A stretch of DNA of 64,000 bases, taken from assembly GCA_964458855.1 (NCBI GenBank), contig CAYWJS010000001.1, positions 170,927 to 234,926 on the forward strand, read 5' to 3'. Numbering within the stretch: the stretch's first letter is position 1; each line of letters opens with the position of its first letter. The translations under genes were made by a program, and so were the position numbers. Below the pieces are notes generated by a model that saw only the letters and a list, made by a program, of their open reading frames with translations, made no database searches and was not told the DNA's origin. Source of the stretch: an uncultured Erysipelotrichia bacterium (lineage in GTDB: Bacteria; Bacillota_I; Bacilli_A; CAYWJS01). This document shows, one piece after another, positions 31,087-42,615 of this stretch.

Positions 31087-34000
31087 ATGATGGAAGTAAA
31101 TAAATTTAAAGCGTTAAGTATTGGGCTTGCATCACCCGAAAAAATCCGCTCATGGTCTTATGGGGAAGTAAAAAAACCTGAAACAATAAATTATCGAACT
31201 TTAAAACCGGAAAAAGATGGATTATTTTGTGAAAGAATATTTGGTCCATCAAAAGACCTAGAATGTAGTTGCGGAAAATATAAAAGAGTAGCCCGTTATA
31301 AAGGAATTGTTTGTGATAGATGTGGAGTGGAAGTTACTTATTCTCGTGTTAGACGAGAAAGAATGGGACATATTGAACTGGCTGCCCCTGTTGCTCACAT
31401 TTGGTTTTTTAAAGGTATCCCAACAAAAATGGGGCTTCTTTTAGATATGTCAACAAGAGCCTTAGAAGAAGTAATTTACTTTGTTTCTTATGTTGTAATA
31501 GACCCTGGAATGACACCACTTGAGAAAAAACAATTATTATCTGAAAAAGAATATCGAATGTATTACGAAAAATATGGCAACAGCTTTAAAGTTGGTATGG
31601 GTGCAGAAGCGATTCGTGAATTACTTAAAGATATAGATTTAGAAAGAGAAGTAAATAATATTAGAGAAGAGTTAAAGGATGCAAAGGAACAAAAACGTTC
31701 GCGTCTTTTAAAGAGACTTGAAGTAGTTACAGCTTTTTTAGAATCAGGAAATAAACCTGAATGGATGGTTTTAGATGTTTTACCAGTAATACCACCAGCA
31801 CTTCGTCCAATGATTCAACTTGATGGTGGTCGTTTTGCAACAAGTGATTTAAATGATTTATATAGAAGAGTAATAAATCGAAATAATCGACTTAAGAAAC
31901 TATTAGATCTTGGAGCACCAACAATTATTGTCCAAAATGAAAAGAGAATGCTTCAAGAGGCAGTAGATGCTTTATTTGATAATGGCCGAAGAGGACGTCC
32001 AATTACTGGTGCAGGAAAGCGTCCTTTAAAGTCACTATCACATATGTTAAAAGGAAAACAAGGACGTTTCCGCTTAAATCTTTTAGGAAAACGTGTGGAT
32101 TATTCAGGTCGTTCAGTAATTGTTGTGGGACCAAATTTAAAAATGTATGAATGTGGTCTACCAAAAGAAATGGCAATAGAGCTTTTTAAACCTCATGTTA
32201 TTCAAGAATTAGTAAAGCGTGAAATTGCACATAATATTAAAAGTGCTAAAAAAATGATAGAAGCATATGATGAAAGAGTATGGCCGGTTGTTGAAGATAT
32301 AATTAGTGAAAATCTAGTTTTATTAAATAGGGCACCAACTTTACATAGATTAGGAATTCAAGCCTTTTCTCCAAGATTAATTGATGATCGCGCAATTCAA
32401 TTACATCCACTTGTTTGTACGGCATTTAATGCTGACTTTGATGGTGACCAAATGGCTGTGCATGTGCCACTTTCACAAGAGGCACAAGCAGAGGCAAGAT
32501 TATTAATGCTTGCATCTAATAATATTTTAAACCCTAAGGATGGAAAACCAGTTGTTACACCATCACAAGATATGGTTTTAGGAAACTATTATTTAACTCG
32601 TGAAATTAAAGGGGGAAAAGGGGAAGGCTCAATTTTTAAAGATTTTAATGAAGCAATGCTTGCATATGAAAATGGTTATATAACTTTATACGCAAAAATT
32701 GCTGTTAAATCTAGTGGTTTAAATAATAAAACATTTACAGAAGAACAAAAAAATTCTTATTTAATTACAACTTTAGGAAAATTAATTTTTAATAGTGTGT
32801 TACCAGAAGATTTTCAATATATTAATGAACCAACTATTGAAAATATTCAAGGAACAACACCAGATAAATATTTTGTTCCAATGGGGGCAAATATTAAAGA
32901 ACATATTGAAAAAAGCGAAATCATAAAACCATTTGCAAAGAAACATTTATCACTAATTATTTCTGAAATTTTTAAGAGATATAAAACTCAGAAAACATCA
33001 GAAATGCTAGATAAGTTAAAAGATTTAGGTTTTTATTATGCAACAGTTGGAGGATTTACAATATCTTTAAGCGATATTGAGGTTTCAAAAGAAAAACCAA
33101 AAATTATTGAAGAATCAGAAAAACAAGTTGCAGAAGTAAAAAGATTGTTCCAAGAAGGACTGATTACAGAAGAAGAGAGATATAAGAAAGTTATAAAGAT
33201 TTGGGAACAAGCAAAAAGTTTAGTTCAAAAAGATTTAGAGACTAATTTTGATCCTGAAAACCCTATTTACATGATGAGAGATTCAAGTGCACGTGGTAAT
33301 ATTTCAAACTTTACGCAGCTTGCTGGAATGCGTGGTTTGATGTCAAAACCAACAGGTGAACCAATTGAGGTTCCAATTAAATCATCATTCAGTGAAGGGC
33401 TAACTGTTTCTGAATTCTTTATTTCAACACACGGAGCACGGAAAGGATCTTCTGATACGGCACTTAAAACTGCTGACTCAGGATACCTAACGAGACGACT
33501 TGTTGATGTTGCCCAAGATGTTATTGTGCGCGCAAAAGATTGTGAAACAGATCGTGGAGTAGTAGTTTGTGCTTTAATTGATGAACGCGATGGAACTTTA
33601 ATCGAAAACTTATATGATCGTATTATTGGACGTTTTGCTAATAAAGATGTTATTGATCCAAAAACTGGTGAAATTATTATTAAAAAAGGCGAGATAATTT
33701 CACAAGAAATTGCAACAAAGATTACTAACAGTGAAATTGAAGAAGTTGAAATAAGATCAATTCTTACTTGTGATACACCACATGGTGTTTGTGCTAAGTG
33801 TTATGGTACAAACCTTGCAACTGGTGAAGTAGTTCAAGTTGGTGAAACTGTTGGAATTATGGCAGCACAATCAATTGGTGAACCTGGAACTCAGCTTACA
33901 ATGAGAACATTCCATACAGGTGGTGTTTCAGGAGATGACATTACTCAAGGTTTACCAAGAGTGCAAGAATTGTTTGAAGCAAGAACTCCAAAAGTAAAAG

Positions 34001-34707
34001 CAGTAATTAGTGAAATAGAAGGTATAATAACTAATATTAGTAGCAAAAAAGGACGTTATGAAATTGAGGTTTCTAATGACCTAGAAAAAATTTCATATAT
34101 TTCACCTTATGATGCAAAATTAGCAGTTAAAAAAGGTGATAAGGTAGTACCTGGACAAAAATTAACAGAAGGCTCAATTAGTCCAAAAGAATTACTGGCT
34201 GCCACAAGTGTGTTAAAAGTTCAAGAATATATTATTAAAGAAATTCAAAAAGTATATCGTAGTCAAGGTGTTGATATTCTTGATAAACACATTGAAATTA
34301 TGGTTCGAAGAATGCTTTCAAGAATAAGGGTTATAGATGCCGGTTCAACAAATATGTTGCCAGGTTCTTTAGTGAGCGTTTATGAATTTACAGAACGAAA
34401 TAAGGAAACCCTAGAAAAAGGAGGGCAACCTGCAATTGGACGACCAGTTATTCTAGGTATTACTAAAGCATCACTTGAAACAGATTCATTCTTATCAGCT
34501 GCTTCATTCCAAGAAACAACAAGAGTATTAACAGATGCAGCAGTTAAAGGTAAGATTGATAATTTAATTGGATTAAAAGAAAACGTTATTTTAGGTAAAA
34601 TTATACCAGCGGGTACTGGCTCTGAATTATATCAAAATGTAGGATATAGGCTAGTAAATCCACAAGGTCAAACTGAAAGTGAAAACATAAAAGAAATTGT
34701 TGACTAA
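31087..34707 (+). CDS. rpoC: DNA-directed RNA polymerase beta' subunit
   Basis: Zn-finger CxCGKYK..C.RCG and the NADFDGD catalytic motif. Confidence 0.95.
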   Translation: MMEVNKFKALSIGLASPEKIRSWSYGEVKKPETINYRTLKPEKDGLFCERIFGPSKDLECSCGKYKRVARYKGIVCDRCGVEVTYSRVRRERMGHIELAAPVAHIWFFKGIPTKMGLLLDMSTRALEEVIYFVSYVVIDPGMTPLEKKQLLSEKEYRMYYEKYGNSFKVGMGAEAIRELLKDIDLEREVNNIREELKDAKEQKRSRLLKRLEVVTAFLESGNKPEWMVLDVLPVIPPALRPMIQLDGGRFATSDLNDLYRRVINRNNRLKKLLDLGAPTIIVQNEKRMLQEAVDALFDNGRRGRPITGAGKRPLKSLSHMLKGKQGRFRLNLLGKRVDYSGRSVIVVGPNLKMYECGLPKEMAIELFKPHVIQELVKREIAHNIKSAKKMIEAYDERVWPVVEDIISENLVLLNRAPTLHRLGIQAFSPRLIDDRAIQLHPLVCTAFNADFDGDQMAVHVPLSQEAQAEARLLMLASNNILNPKDGKPVVTPSQDMVLGNYYLTREIKGGKGEGSIFKDFNEAMLAYENGYITLYAKIAVKSSGLNNKTFTEEQKNSYLITTLGKLIFNSVLPEDFQYINEPTIENIQGTTPDKYFVPMGANIKEHIEKSEIIKPFAKKHLSLIISEIFKRYKTQKTSEMLDKLKDLGFYYATVGGFTISLSDIEVSKEKPKIIEESEKQVAEVKRLFQEGLITEEERYKKVIKIWEQAKSLVQKDLETNFDPENPIYMMRDSSARGNISNFTQLAGMRGLMSKPTGEPIEVPIKSSFSEGLTVSEFFISTHGARKGSSDTALKTADSGYLTRRLVDVAQDVIVRAKDCETDRGVVVCALIDERDGTLIENLYDRIIGRFANKDVIDPKTGEIIIKKGEIISQEIATKITNSEIEEVEIRSILTCDTPHGVCAKCYGTNLATGEVVQVGETVGIMAAQSIGEPGTQLTMRTFHTGGVSGDDITQGLPRVQELFEARTPKVKAVISEIEGIITNISSKKGRYEIEVSNDLEKISYISPYDAKLAVKKGDKVVPGQKLTEGSISPKELLAATSVLKVQEYIIKEIQKVYRSQGVDILDKHIEIMVRRMLSRIRVIDAGSTNMLPGSLVSVYEFTERNKETLEKGGQPAIGRPVILGITKASLETDSFLSAASFQETTRVLTDAAVKGKIDNLIGLKENVILGKIIPAGTGSELYQNVGYRLVNPQGQTESENIKEIVD

Positions 34708-34744
34708 CAAAGCATATAATGGTATCATATCAAGTGTTTTAAAT

Positions 34745-34782
34745 AAATATAAGTTTTGTGAATTTTCACAAAACTTATATTT
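34745..34782. repeat. Perfect 18-bp-arm inverted repeat between rpoC and rpsL
   Basis: AAATATAAGTTTTGTGAA-tt-TTCACAAAACTTATATTT. No clean T-run follows, so it may be a terminator, a processing hairpin or an operator. Confidence 0.6.
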
Positions 34783-34835
34783 CAGATTAGATATGAGACA
34801 CCAGGGTATGTGTAAACGGGAAGGGAGGAATAACA

Positions 34836-35249
34836 ATGCCTACAATCAATCAATTGGTGCGTAAAAGTCGTAAAAGTAAAGTTACAAAAAGTAAATCACC
34901 TGCATTAAAAGTTGGTTTCAATACTTTAAAGAAAAGACCTACTACAGTTAATTCGCCACAAAAACGTGGTGTTTGTACACGTGTTGGTACAATGACACCA
35001 AAAAAACCAAACTCAGCTTTACGCAAATTTGCTCGTGTTCGTTTAACTAACGGAATGGAAGTTACAACATACATTCCAGGAATAGGACACAATTTACAAG
35101 AACACAATGTGGTTTTAATTCGTGGAGGTCGTGTTAAGGACTTACCAGGTGTTCGTTATCATATTATTCGTGGTACATTAGATACAGCAGGTGTTGAAAA
35201 TCGCAAACAAGGTCGCTCCAAGTATGGAGCAAAAAAACCAAAAGAATAA
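34836..35249 (+). CDS. rpsL: 30S ribosomal protein S12
   Basis: [10 protein letters not shown]... full-length S12. Confidence 0.97.
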   Translation: MPTINQLVRKSRKSKVTKSKSPALKVGFNTLKKRPTTVNSPQKRGVCTRVGTMTPKKPNSALRKFARVRLTNGMEVTTYIPGIGHNLQEHNVVLIRGGRVKDLPGVRYHIIRGTLDTAGVENRKQGRSKYGAKKPKE

Positions 35250-35276
35250 AAAAGTAGTTGAAGGGAGGAAAGAAAC

Positions 35277-35747
35277 ATGCCTCGTAAAGGATATGTTGCT
35301 AAACGAGATGTATTGCCTGATCCAATATATAATTCAAAAGTTGTAACAAAATTAATTAATACAATTATGAAAGATGGTAAAAAAGGACTTGCGCAAAAAA
35401 TTCTTTATCGCGCTTTTGAGATAATAAAAGAAAAAGAAAAAAGAGATCCGCTTGAGGTGTTTTATCAAGCAATTGAAAATGTAAAGCCACAGATGGAGGT
35501 AAGAACTCGTCGTGTGGGTGGTGCTAACTTACAAGTTCCAGTTGAAGTTAGACCAGAACGACAACAAACATTAGCACTTCGTTGGCTTGTAAATTATGCA
35601 CGACTTCGAAGTGAGCATTCAATGGAGGAAAAGCTTGCTAATGAAATAATTGATGCTGCTAACGGTATTGGAAATAGTGTTAAAAAACGAGAAGACACGC
35701 ATAAAATGGCAGAAGCAAACAGAGCGTTTGCTGGCTATCGCTGGTAG
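35277..35747 (+). CDS. rpsG: 30S ribosomal protein S7
   Basis: Full-length S7. Confidence 0.97.
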   Translation: MPRKGYVAKRDVLPDPIYNSKVVTKLINTIMKDGKKGLAQKILYRAFEIIKEKEKRDPLEVFYQAIENVKPQMEVRTRRVGGANLQVPVEVRPERQQTLALRWLVNYARLRSEHSMEEKLANEIIDAANGIGNSVKKREDTHKMAEANRAFAGYRW

Positions 35748-35768
35748 TTAAAGGAGGAGTAGAAGGTT

Positions 35769-37847
35769 ATGGCTCGTGAGATTTCTCTAGAAAAAACAAG
35801 AAATATAGGTATAATGGCACATATTGATGCAGGGAAAACAACTTGTACAGAGCGTATTTTATACCATACTGGAAAAATCCATAAACTAGGTGAAACCCAC
35901 GATGGAGAAGCCCAAATGGATTGGATGGCTCAAGAAAAAGAACGTGGTATTACAATTACTTCGGCAGCTACAACTGCTTTTTGGAAAGAACATCGTATAA
36001 ATATTATTGATACTCCTGGTCACGTCGACTTTACAGTTGAAGTTACGCGCTCTTTAAGAGTATTAGATGGTGCAATTGCACTAATAGATGCTCAAGCAGG
36101 TGTAGAACCACAAACTGAAACAGTATGGCGTCAAGCAACTGAATATAAAGTACCAAGAATTATTTTTGCAAATAAAATGGATAAGATTGGTGCAGATTTT
36201 GAATATAGTTTAACAACTATTGAAAAACGATTAGGTGTTTTAGCAAAACCTATTCAGTGGCCAATTGGAGCAGAAGATAATTTTAAGGGAATTATTGATA
36301 TTGTTACAATGAAAGCATATGAATATGCTGGAGATAAAAACGAAACAACAACAGAAATTGAAATACCTGCAGAGTTAAAAGCAAAAGTAGAAGAAAAAAG
36401 AAATGAATTAATTGAAGCAGTTGCGGAATTTGATGATGAATTAATGGAAGCTTATCTTGAGAGACATGAAATTACTGTCGAAGCACTAAAAAGAGCTATT
36501 CGCAAAGGAACTTTAGCTGTTCAATTTTTCCCTGTTTTATGTGGTAGTGCATTTCGTAATAAGGGTGTGAAATTGCTACTTGATGCTGCAATTGATTATC
36601 TACCTTCACCAATAGATGTAGAATCAATTAAGGGAGTAGACATAAAAGGTAATGAAGTTAGTCGTCATCCGAATGATTCAGATCCATTTAGTGCTTTAGC
36701 ATTTAAAATTATGACTGACCCATTTGTTGGAAAATTAACATTTATTCGTGTATATTCAGGGACATTAAAATCTGGATCATATATTTTAAATGCGACTAAA
36801 AAGGAAAAAGAAAGAATTGGAAGAATTCTTTTAATGCATGCTAATCATAGAGAAGAAATAGATTCAGTTCATGCTGGTGATATTGCAGCCGTAATTGGAC
36901 TTAAAAATACTACTACTGGAGACACACTTTGTGATGAAAAAAATCCAGTAATATTAGAATCAATGATTATTCCAAAACCAGTTATTTCGGTAGCAGTTGA
37001 ACCAAAAACAAAAGCAGATCAAGATCGCATGGCTATAGCACTACAAAAGTTAGTAGAAGAAGACCCAACATTTATGGCTCATACTGATCCTGAATCTGGG
37101 CAAACAATAATTGAAGGAATGGGTGAATTACACTTAGAAATTATTGTTGATCGAATGAAGCGCGAATTTAATGTTGAGGCAACAGTAGGACGTCCACAAG
37201 TAGCATACCGCGAAACAATTAAAGCAACAGCAGAATGCGAAGGGAAGTTTATTCGTCAATCTGGTGGTCGTGGACAATACGGACACGTATGGATTCGCTT
37301 AGAACCAAACCCAGATAAAGGATATGAATTTGTAGATGCTATTGTAGGTGGTGTAGTTCCTCGCGAATATATACCAGTTGTTGATAAAGGATTACAAGAA
37401 GCAATGCAAACAGGAATTTTAGCAGGTTACCCAATGATTGATGTTAAAGCAACTTTATATGATGGAAGTTATCACGAAGTTGACTCAAGTGAAATGGCAT
37501 TTAAGATAGCTGCTTCACTTGCATTAAAAGAAGCAAGAAATAAATGTAATCCAGTTCTTCTAGAACCAATAATGAAAGTTGAAATTGTGGTTCCTGAAGA
37601 ATATCTTGGTAATGTAATGGGGGATATTACATCACGAAGAGGTAGACCAGAAGGTCAAGAAGCAAGAGGAAATGCAATTGCAGTAAAAGCAATGGTTCCA
37701 CTTGCAGAAATGTTTGGTTATGCAACTAGTCTTCGTTCAAATACACAAGGTCGTGGGACATTTATAATGCAATTTGATCACTATGCAGAAGTTCCAAAAA
37801 ATATTAGTGATGAGATAATTAAAAAGAACGCTAATACTAATGAATAA
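35769..37847 (+). CDS. fusA: Elongation factor G
   Basis: G-domain [18 protein letters not shown]. Confidence 0.97.
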   Translation: MAREISLEKTRNIGIMAHIDAGKTTCTERILYHTGKIHKLGETHDGEAQMDWMAQEKERGITITSAATTAFWKEHRINIIDTPGHVDFTVEVTRSLRVLDGAIALIDAQAGVEPQTETVWRQATEYKVPRIIFANKMDKIGADFEYSLTTIEKRLGVLAKPIQWPIGAEDNFKGIIDIVTMKAYEYAGDKNETTTEIEIPAELKAKVEEKRNELIEAVAEFDDELMEAYLERHEITVEALKRAIRKGTLAVQFFPVLCGSAFRNKGVKLLLDAAIDYLPSPIDVESIKGVDIKGNEVSRHPNDSDPFSALAFKIMTDPFVGKLTFIRVYSGTLKSGSYILNATKKEKERIGRILLMHANHREEIDSVHAGDIAAVIGLKNTTTGDTLCDEKNPVILESMIIPKPVISVAVEPKTKADQDRMAIALQKLVEEDPTFMAHTDPESGQTIIEGMGELHLEIIVDRMKREFNVEATVGRPQVAYRETIKATAECEGKFIRQSGGRGQYGHVWIRLEPNPDKGYEFVDAIVGGVVPREYIPVVDKGLQEAMQTGILAGYPMIDVKATLYDGSYHEVDSSEMAFKIAASLALKEARNKCNPVLLEPIMKVEIVVPEEYLGNVMGDITSRRGRPEGQEARGNAIAVKAMVPLAEMFGYATSLRSNTQGRGTFIMQFDHYAEVPKNISDEIIKKNANTNE

Positions 37848-37926
37848 AAAACTGTTATCTACTTGAATTAATTTCAAGGGTAAGATAAAATAAATATATG
37901 AATTAAATTATAAAGGAGGAATAAAA

Positions 37927-39111
37927 ATGGCAAAAGCAAAATTCGAACGTACAAAACCCCATGTTAATATTGGGACAATTGGACACGTTGACCATGGAAA
38001 AACAACTTTAACTGCTGCAATTACTAAAGTTTTAGCAAAACAAGGATTTGCAGAAGTTAAAGAATATGAGCAAATTGATAGTGCCCCTGAAGAAAAAGAA
38101 CGTGGAATTACAATTAGTACTTCTCACGTAGAATACGAAACAGAAAATCGCCATTATGCTCACGTAGACTGCCCAGGACACGCAGACTATGTAAAAAATA
38201 TGATTACAGGGGCAGCACAAATGGACGGAGCAATTTTGGTAGTATCAGCAGCTGATGGGCCAATGCCACAAACACGCGAACATATTCTACTTGCACGTCA
38301 AGTTGGTGTGCCATATCTAGTAGTATTTTTAAATAAATGTGATATGGTTGATGACGAAGAACTAATTGATTTAGTTGAAATGGAAGTTCGCGAAATTTTA
38401 AATGAATATGGATTCCCAGGAGATGAAGTTCCAATTATTCGTGGATCTGCTTTAAAAGCTCTTGAAGGAGATTCAACTTGGGAAGAAAAGATTTTAGAAC
38501 TAATGAAAGCAGTTGATGAATACATTCCAGAACCAGTTCGTGAAGTTGATAAACCATTCTTAATGCCAGTTGAAGACGTATTTACAATTACAGGCCGTGG
38601 AACAGTTGCAACAGGACGTGTTGAACGCGGACAATTAAAACTTAATGAAGAAGTTGAAATTGTAGGTTTAAGAGAAACACAAAAAGCTGTTGTTACTGGA
38701 ATTGAAATGTTCCGTAAAATGTTAGATTTTGCTCAAGCAGGGGACAACGTGGGAGTATTATTACGTGGAATTGACCGTGAAGACATTGAACGTGGTCAAG
38801 TACTTGCAAAACCTGGTACAGTTACTCCACATACTACATTTAAAGCACAAGTATATATCTTATCTAAAGAAGAAGGAGGACGTCATACACCATTTTTCTC
38901 AAATTATCGTCCACAATTCTACTTTAGAACAACTGACGTAACAGGTATTGTTAAATTACCAGAAGGTGTAGAAATGGTTATGCCAGGTGATAATGTAGAA
39001 ATGACAGTTGAACTAATTGCTCCAATCGCGATTGAAAAAGGAACAAAATTATCAATTCGCGAAGGTGGTCGCACAGTTGGGGCTGGATCAGTAGTTGAAA
39101 TTATAAAATAA
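37927..39111 (+). CDS. tuf: Elongation factor Tu
   Basis: [18 protein letters not shown]. Confidence 0.97.
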   Translation: MAKAKFERTKPHVNIGTIGHVDHGKTTLTAAITKVLAKQGFAEVKEYEQIDSAPEEKERGITISTSHVEYETENRHYAHVDCPGHADYVKNMITGAAQMDGAILVVSAADGPMPQTREHILLARQVGVPYLVVFLNKCDMVDDEELIDLVEMEVREILNEYGFPGDEVPIIRGSALKALEGDSTWEEKILELMKAVDEYIPEPVREVDKPFLMPVEDVFTITGRGTVATGRVERGQLKLNEEVEIVGLRETQKAVVTGIEMFRKMLDFAQAGDNVGVLLRGIDREDIERGQVLAKPGTVTPHTTFKAQVYILSKEEGGRHTPFFSNYRPQFYFRTTDVTGIVKLPEGVEMVMPGDNVEMTVELIAPIAIEKGTKLSIREGGRTVGAGSVVEIIK

Positions 39112-39113
39112 AT

Positions 39114-39144
39114 AAAAAAAGGTAATTTTTAATTACCTTTTTTT
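39114..39144 (+). terminator. Intrinsic terminator after tuf
   Basis: aaaaaaaGGTAATT-ttt-AATTACCttttttt. Confidence 0.8.
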
Positions 39145-39212
39145 ATTATTGAAAAAAAAAATAAAAAGGATATAATTAATAATGAAATAGTATAAAAATA
39201 AAGGAGGTTATT

Positions 39213-39578
39213 ATGAAAAGGTTATTGGTATTAATGCTTTTTGTTGTGGCTCTTACAGGATGCTTTGGAAGTAATGCAAAATATAAAGAAATTGAAGAAC
39301 AATTAAAAGAAATAGCAGTTCAAGTTATTAAAAGTAATTTATACACAGAAGATAGCCTTCCAACTGAAAAAGATGCTGCAATTCAAGTTTCTCTAAATCA
39401 ATTGGTTAATCTTAGTTATATGGAAGAAATCAAAGATCCTCTTGATGAAACAAAACTATGCGATCATGACCAATCATATATTAAAATAAGAAGAGTAACA
39501 GATACTGATACAATGACAGTTGATGATTATGAATATGATGTTTATTTAGCATGCGGAAAGTATAAAACAAAAAAATAA
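39213..39578 (+). CDS. Small lipoprotein, unknown function
   Basis: Signal peptide with lipobox LTGC. AAGGAGG RBS. Confidence 0.75.
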   Translation: MKRLLVLMLFVVALTGCFGSNAKYKEIEEQLKEIAVQVIKSNLYTEDSLPTEKDAAIQVSLNQLVNLSYMEEIKDPLDETKLCDHDQSYIKIRRVTDTDTMTVDDYEYDVYLACGKYKTKK

Positions 39579-39583
39579 TTAAT

Positions 39584-39617
39584 AAAATGTAGATAGAAAT
39601 CTACATTTTATTTATTT
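39584..39617 (+). terminator. Intrinsic terminator after the lipoprotein gene
   Basis: AAAATGTAGAT-agaa-ATCTACATTTT followed by atttattt. Confidence 0.7.
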
Positions 39618-39618
39618 A

Positions 39619-39647
39619 TTGCTCTTCATTAATATTTTTGATATAAT
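39619..39647 (+). promoter_or_regulatory. Extended -10 promoter for tRNA-Cys
   Basis: TTGCTC, 17-nt spacer ending in TGa, then TATAAT. Confidence 0.55.
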
Positions 39648-39658
39648 ACTTATGCAAT

Positions 39659-39732
39659 GGGACCGTAGCCAAGTGGTAAGGCAAGGGACTGCAACTCCCT
39701 GATCATCGGTTCGAATCCGTTCGGTCCCTCCA
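39659..39732 (+). tRNA. tRNA-Cys (GCA), CCA encoded
   Basis: Acceptor GGGACCG/CGGTCCC, anticodon loop CTGCAAC, T-loop GGTTCGAATCC and 3' TCCA. Confidence 0.85.
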
Positions 39733-39740
39733 AATAATAA

Positions 39741-39768
39741 AAAAACTTGTGAAAAATCACAAGTTTTT
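39741..39768. terminator. Bidirectional terminator (tRNA-Cys and the minus-strand gene)
   Basis: AAAAACTTGTGA-aaaa-TCACAAGTTTTT. Confidence 0.8.
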
Positions 39769-40351
39769 ATTTATCTTTTGTTAAAGTTAATGTTTTTTCG
39801 GTTACCTTTGCATTTTCATTTAAAAATTCAAATATATTTTTTGTTGTATCATAATTATTTTCTTTCAAATCTTTTAACATTGCTTCTTTAATTTGTTCAT
39901 TTGTTGCATCTTTACCTAATATGGAAATAGCATTCTTATACATTATTTCTCCTAAATATGAAGGAATAACTCTTTTAGTTAATAATTTTTTTCCTAATGT
40001 TTCAGATGAAAATGTTTTATTAAATAATTTTAATACTTTATTATTACCAAATGCATGTCTGTTTGTTAAGTTGCATTTTACGCATTCATATACTTCATGA
40101 TTTCTTCCCTCATAATAATCATTTTCTACATGAGAAACTATCATTATGTGATCACAATGTTCCATAATAAGTAAATCTAATTCTTCTTTTTCCTGTTTTA
40201 TTTTAGCTGTAAGATAATCCTTTTTTTCAGTCAATTCATTATATAACTTGATTAATTCATTTTCATTAAGTTTTTTAAGTTTTCTAGAAATTTCTTCAAG
40301 TTCTTTTTGATTTTGCAAAATCTCGTGTTTAATGCTGGTGATTTTTTCCAT
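39767..40351 (-). CDS. Hypothetical protein (coiled-coil N-terminus, Cys/His cluster HCDH...CVKC)
   Basis: GGGAGGG RBS before the ATG and good terminator context. No family recognised. Confidence 0.65.
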   Translation of the reverse strand: MEKITSIKHEILQNQKELEEISRKLKKLNENELIKLYNELTEKKDYLTAKIKQEKEELDLLIMEHCDHIMIVSHVENDYYEGRNHEVYECVKCNLTNRHAFGNNKVLKLFNKTFSSETLGKKLLTKRVIPSYLGEIMYKNAISILGKDATNEQIKEAMLKDLKENNYDTTKNIFEFLNENAKVTEKTLTLTKDK

Positions 40352-40583
40352 ATTTCCCTCCCAAAAATATTATACCATATAATAATCATTACTTAAATAT
40401 TTCAAAAATTACAAAATTCTAGTATTATATAATGTGTTAGAAGGCAATTTTATAAATTATGATGAATATTATGACCTTCTTCTTAAGATACAAAAATATG
40501 GACAAGCTCATATGTTTGTTTGTGATTTAAAAAACGGTTTATAAAGATGGAAAAAAGAAGGACCTAAAAGACAATCTAATTTA

Positions 40584-41060
40584 ATGCTTTTAATTTATAA
40601 TACTTATCAACGTTTGAAGGCTTTGGAAAAAGAACATAAAACAAAAATTTTATACAAAAGTAAGTATTTAAAATACCCCAAATTATATATGCAAAAATAC
40701 AATGATGAAGTATATTACTATATGTTAGCAAAACCCGATAAATTAAGTGATATTCCTTATGGCACGATTTGGTATGAACCTTTCTTAATTTCTGGAGATG
40801 CAATAGGTTTTACGGTAATAAAAGGAACTATTACAGAAGAAGTAGATAAAATTTTTGAAGAAGAAAAAAGAAAGTTAAATATTCCTTACGAGTTTCATAA
40901 AGCAAATGCTTATTATGAAACAGATGATTATAGAATGGGAAAAGAGTTATACTATCGTGGTTATTGTGTGCAAGCTTTAGAAGCTATGCACAAAAATTAT
41001 AAATATAGTAAACAAGTTAAAAAATGTTTGGACCTAAAAAAAATAAGACACAAAGTTTAA
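40584..41060 (+). CDS. Hypothetical protein
   Basis: Open frame of 158 aa. The start is uncertain: the same frame is open upstream apart from a single TAA at 40542. Confidence 0.5.
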   Translation: MLLIYNTYQRLKALEKEHKTKILYKSKYLKYPKLYMQKYNDEVYYYMLAKPDKLSDIPYGTIWYEPFLISGDAIGFTVIKGTITEEVDKIFEEEKRKLNIPYEFHKANAYYETDDYRMGKELYYRGYCVQALEAMHKNYKYSKQVKKCLDLKKIRHKV

Positions 41061-41078
41061 ATTTGTGTCTTATTTTTT
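41041..41078. terminator. Bidirectional terminator
   Basis: AAATAAGACACAAA-gtttaa-ATTTGTGTCTTATTtttt. Confidence 0.75.
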
Positions 41079-41276
41079 CTAAGTATTAAAGGCAAAAATT
41101 GCAACAATAATCGCATTTGCAAGAATCCCTAAACCAAGCCCAATAATTAAAATTTGAATAAGTATTTCTGGAATAATTAAACCAACTCCTAATGCAATAA
41201 TGAAGAATGCTAGATAGAAAAGTAAAATTGAAATCCAAATTAGGAAAATGTTTTTACGTCTTTTTTCTTCGATCAT
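41079..41276 (-). CDS. Small two-TM membrane protein
   Basis: 65 aa, two hydrophobic helices, GGGGG/GAAGG region before the ATG. Confidence 0.5.
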   Translation of the reverse strand: MIEEKRRKNIFLIWISILLFYLAFFIIALGVGLIIPEILIQILIIGLGLGILANAIIVAIFAFNT

Positions 41277-41389
41277 TATTATCCCCCCTTCATTATTATT
41301 ATAAGAAAGACTTAAAAAAAGACTAACTTAATATATCTACATAATGAACATTTTTATTTTTTTGTTATAATAAAATTGAGGTGTTTTGG

Positions 41390-41890
41390 ATGAATAAAAA
41401 AATAATAATTGCAATAATAATTTTATTGGGAATTAGTTTTTTACCCTTTTTATATAAAAACATTATAAATGAAGAACTTTCCCCATATGAAGAAGTACAA
41501 GTAATAGATATAAGCGAAAATAGTATTTTGGAGGTTGAAGGAGAAGAGGTTTATAAGGCTAAATTAATAGGTGTTGATAATGTTAAAAAAGGTGAACTTT
41601 ATTATGCAGTTGCCCATGAATTTTTAGTTGATAATTTAAAAGGAAAAACAGTTTATATAGAAAAAGACATATTAGAAAAAGACAATTATGGTTATTTTTT
41701 AGTATATGTTTGGTTTAAAAAGCCTAGTAATATAAGTAATGAATTTGTTTCTCGGAAACTTTTTAATTATATGATTATTAAGGAAGGACTTGCTAAGGTT
41801 TCAGCAACGCCCCCGAATTTAAAATATATAAATTATTTACTTGAAGCTGAAAGAATTGCTAAAGAGCAAGAACGAAGAATTTGGCGATAA
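41390..41890 (+). CDS. Thermonuclease (SNase-like) family protein, membrane anchored
   Basis: KLIGVD...YYAVAHEFL...GKTVYIEKD...DNYGYFLVYVW...IIKEGLAKV...AKEQERRIW follows the SNase fold pattern. ATG 41390 follows GAGGTG. Confidence 0.7.
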   Translation: MNKKIIIAIIILLGISFLPFLYKNIINEELSPYEEVQVIDISENSILEVEGEEVYKAKLIGVDNVKKGELYYAVAHEFLVDNLKGKTVYIEKDILEKDNYGYFLVYVWFKKPSNISNEFVSRKLFNYMIIKEGLAKVSATPPNLKYINYLLEAERIAKEQERRIWR

Positions 41891-41960
41891 TCCTCTCTGG
41901 TTTTCACAAAAATATATATTTGTCATAAAATAGGGTGAAAACATAAAGGGAGGTATTTTT

Positions 41961-42518
41961 ATGTATTATCATGGTGAACTAAGAAGACCACCAATGATAC
42001 CAGTACCAGAAATTGGTGTAGTTGATGTGCTAGATGGAATTGATGAGTTAAAAAAGACGGCAGAAATTAAGTATCGTGTTACAACGTTTGATACAATTTA
42101 TGAAATTGCAAGAAGATTTAATATAACACCAGAAGAGATAATAAGATATAATAATTTACAAGCAGGGTTTATATTTCCTAATATGGAAATAAAAATTCCT
42201 GTTCAAGCACCAAGAGGGTATTTGTTTTATACTGTAAAACGGGGCGATAATTTATATACAATTGGTCAAAAATATGATCTTTCAGCAGAGGAATTAATGC
42301 GGATTAATAGACTAAAAGAGACAACCATTTTCCCTGATCAGCTTTTGCTAATTCCAGAAGATGTTTTAATGACGACAGAAGGTATAATGTATACAGTAGT
42401 TGAAGGCGATAATTTATTTTCAATTTCTGAAAAATTTAATATTAATCTTGAAGATTTAATAATGGCGAATCCTAATTTAATAAGACCAGGAATGGTAATA
42501 AATATACCACAAATATAA
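41961..42518 (+). CDS. LysM-repeat protein (3 LysM domains, no obvious signal peptide)
   Basis: Three Y.V..GD.L..I...(F/Y)......L...N.L repeats. Confidence 0.75.
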   Translation: MYYHGELRRPPMIPVPEIGVVDVLDGIDELKKTAEIKYRVTTFDTIYEIARRFNITPEEIIRYNNLQAGFIFPNMEIKIPVQAPRGYLFYTVKRGDNLYTIGQKYDLSAEELMRINRLKETTIFPDQLLLIPEDVLMTTEGIMYTVVEGDNLFSISEKFNINLEDLIMANPNLIRPGMVINIPQI

Positions 42519-42528
42519 TATAAAAATA

Positions 42529-42556
42529 AAAAACTCGTTAAATACGAGTTTTTATT
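42529..42556 (+). terminator. Intrinsic terminator after the LysM protein gene
   Basis: AAAAACTCGT-taaat-ACGAGTTTTT. Confidence 0.75.
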
Positions 42557-42615
42557 ATTTTTTGCTATGCTTGAAGGGAAAAAATAAAACATGTTATAAT
42601 AGTGACGGTGGTACA

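Noticed and set aside
40458-40583. Upstream extension of the 40584 ORF (same frame, interrupted by TAA at 40542), which could be a nonsense-disrupted longer gene
   Set aside because: The upstream piece (MMNIMTFFLRYKNMGQAHMFVCDLKNGL) has no recognisable similarity or RBS, so I cannot tell a pseudogene from chance.
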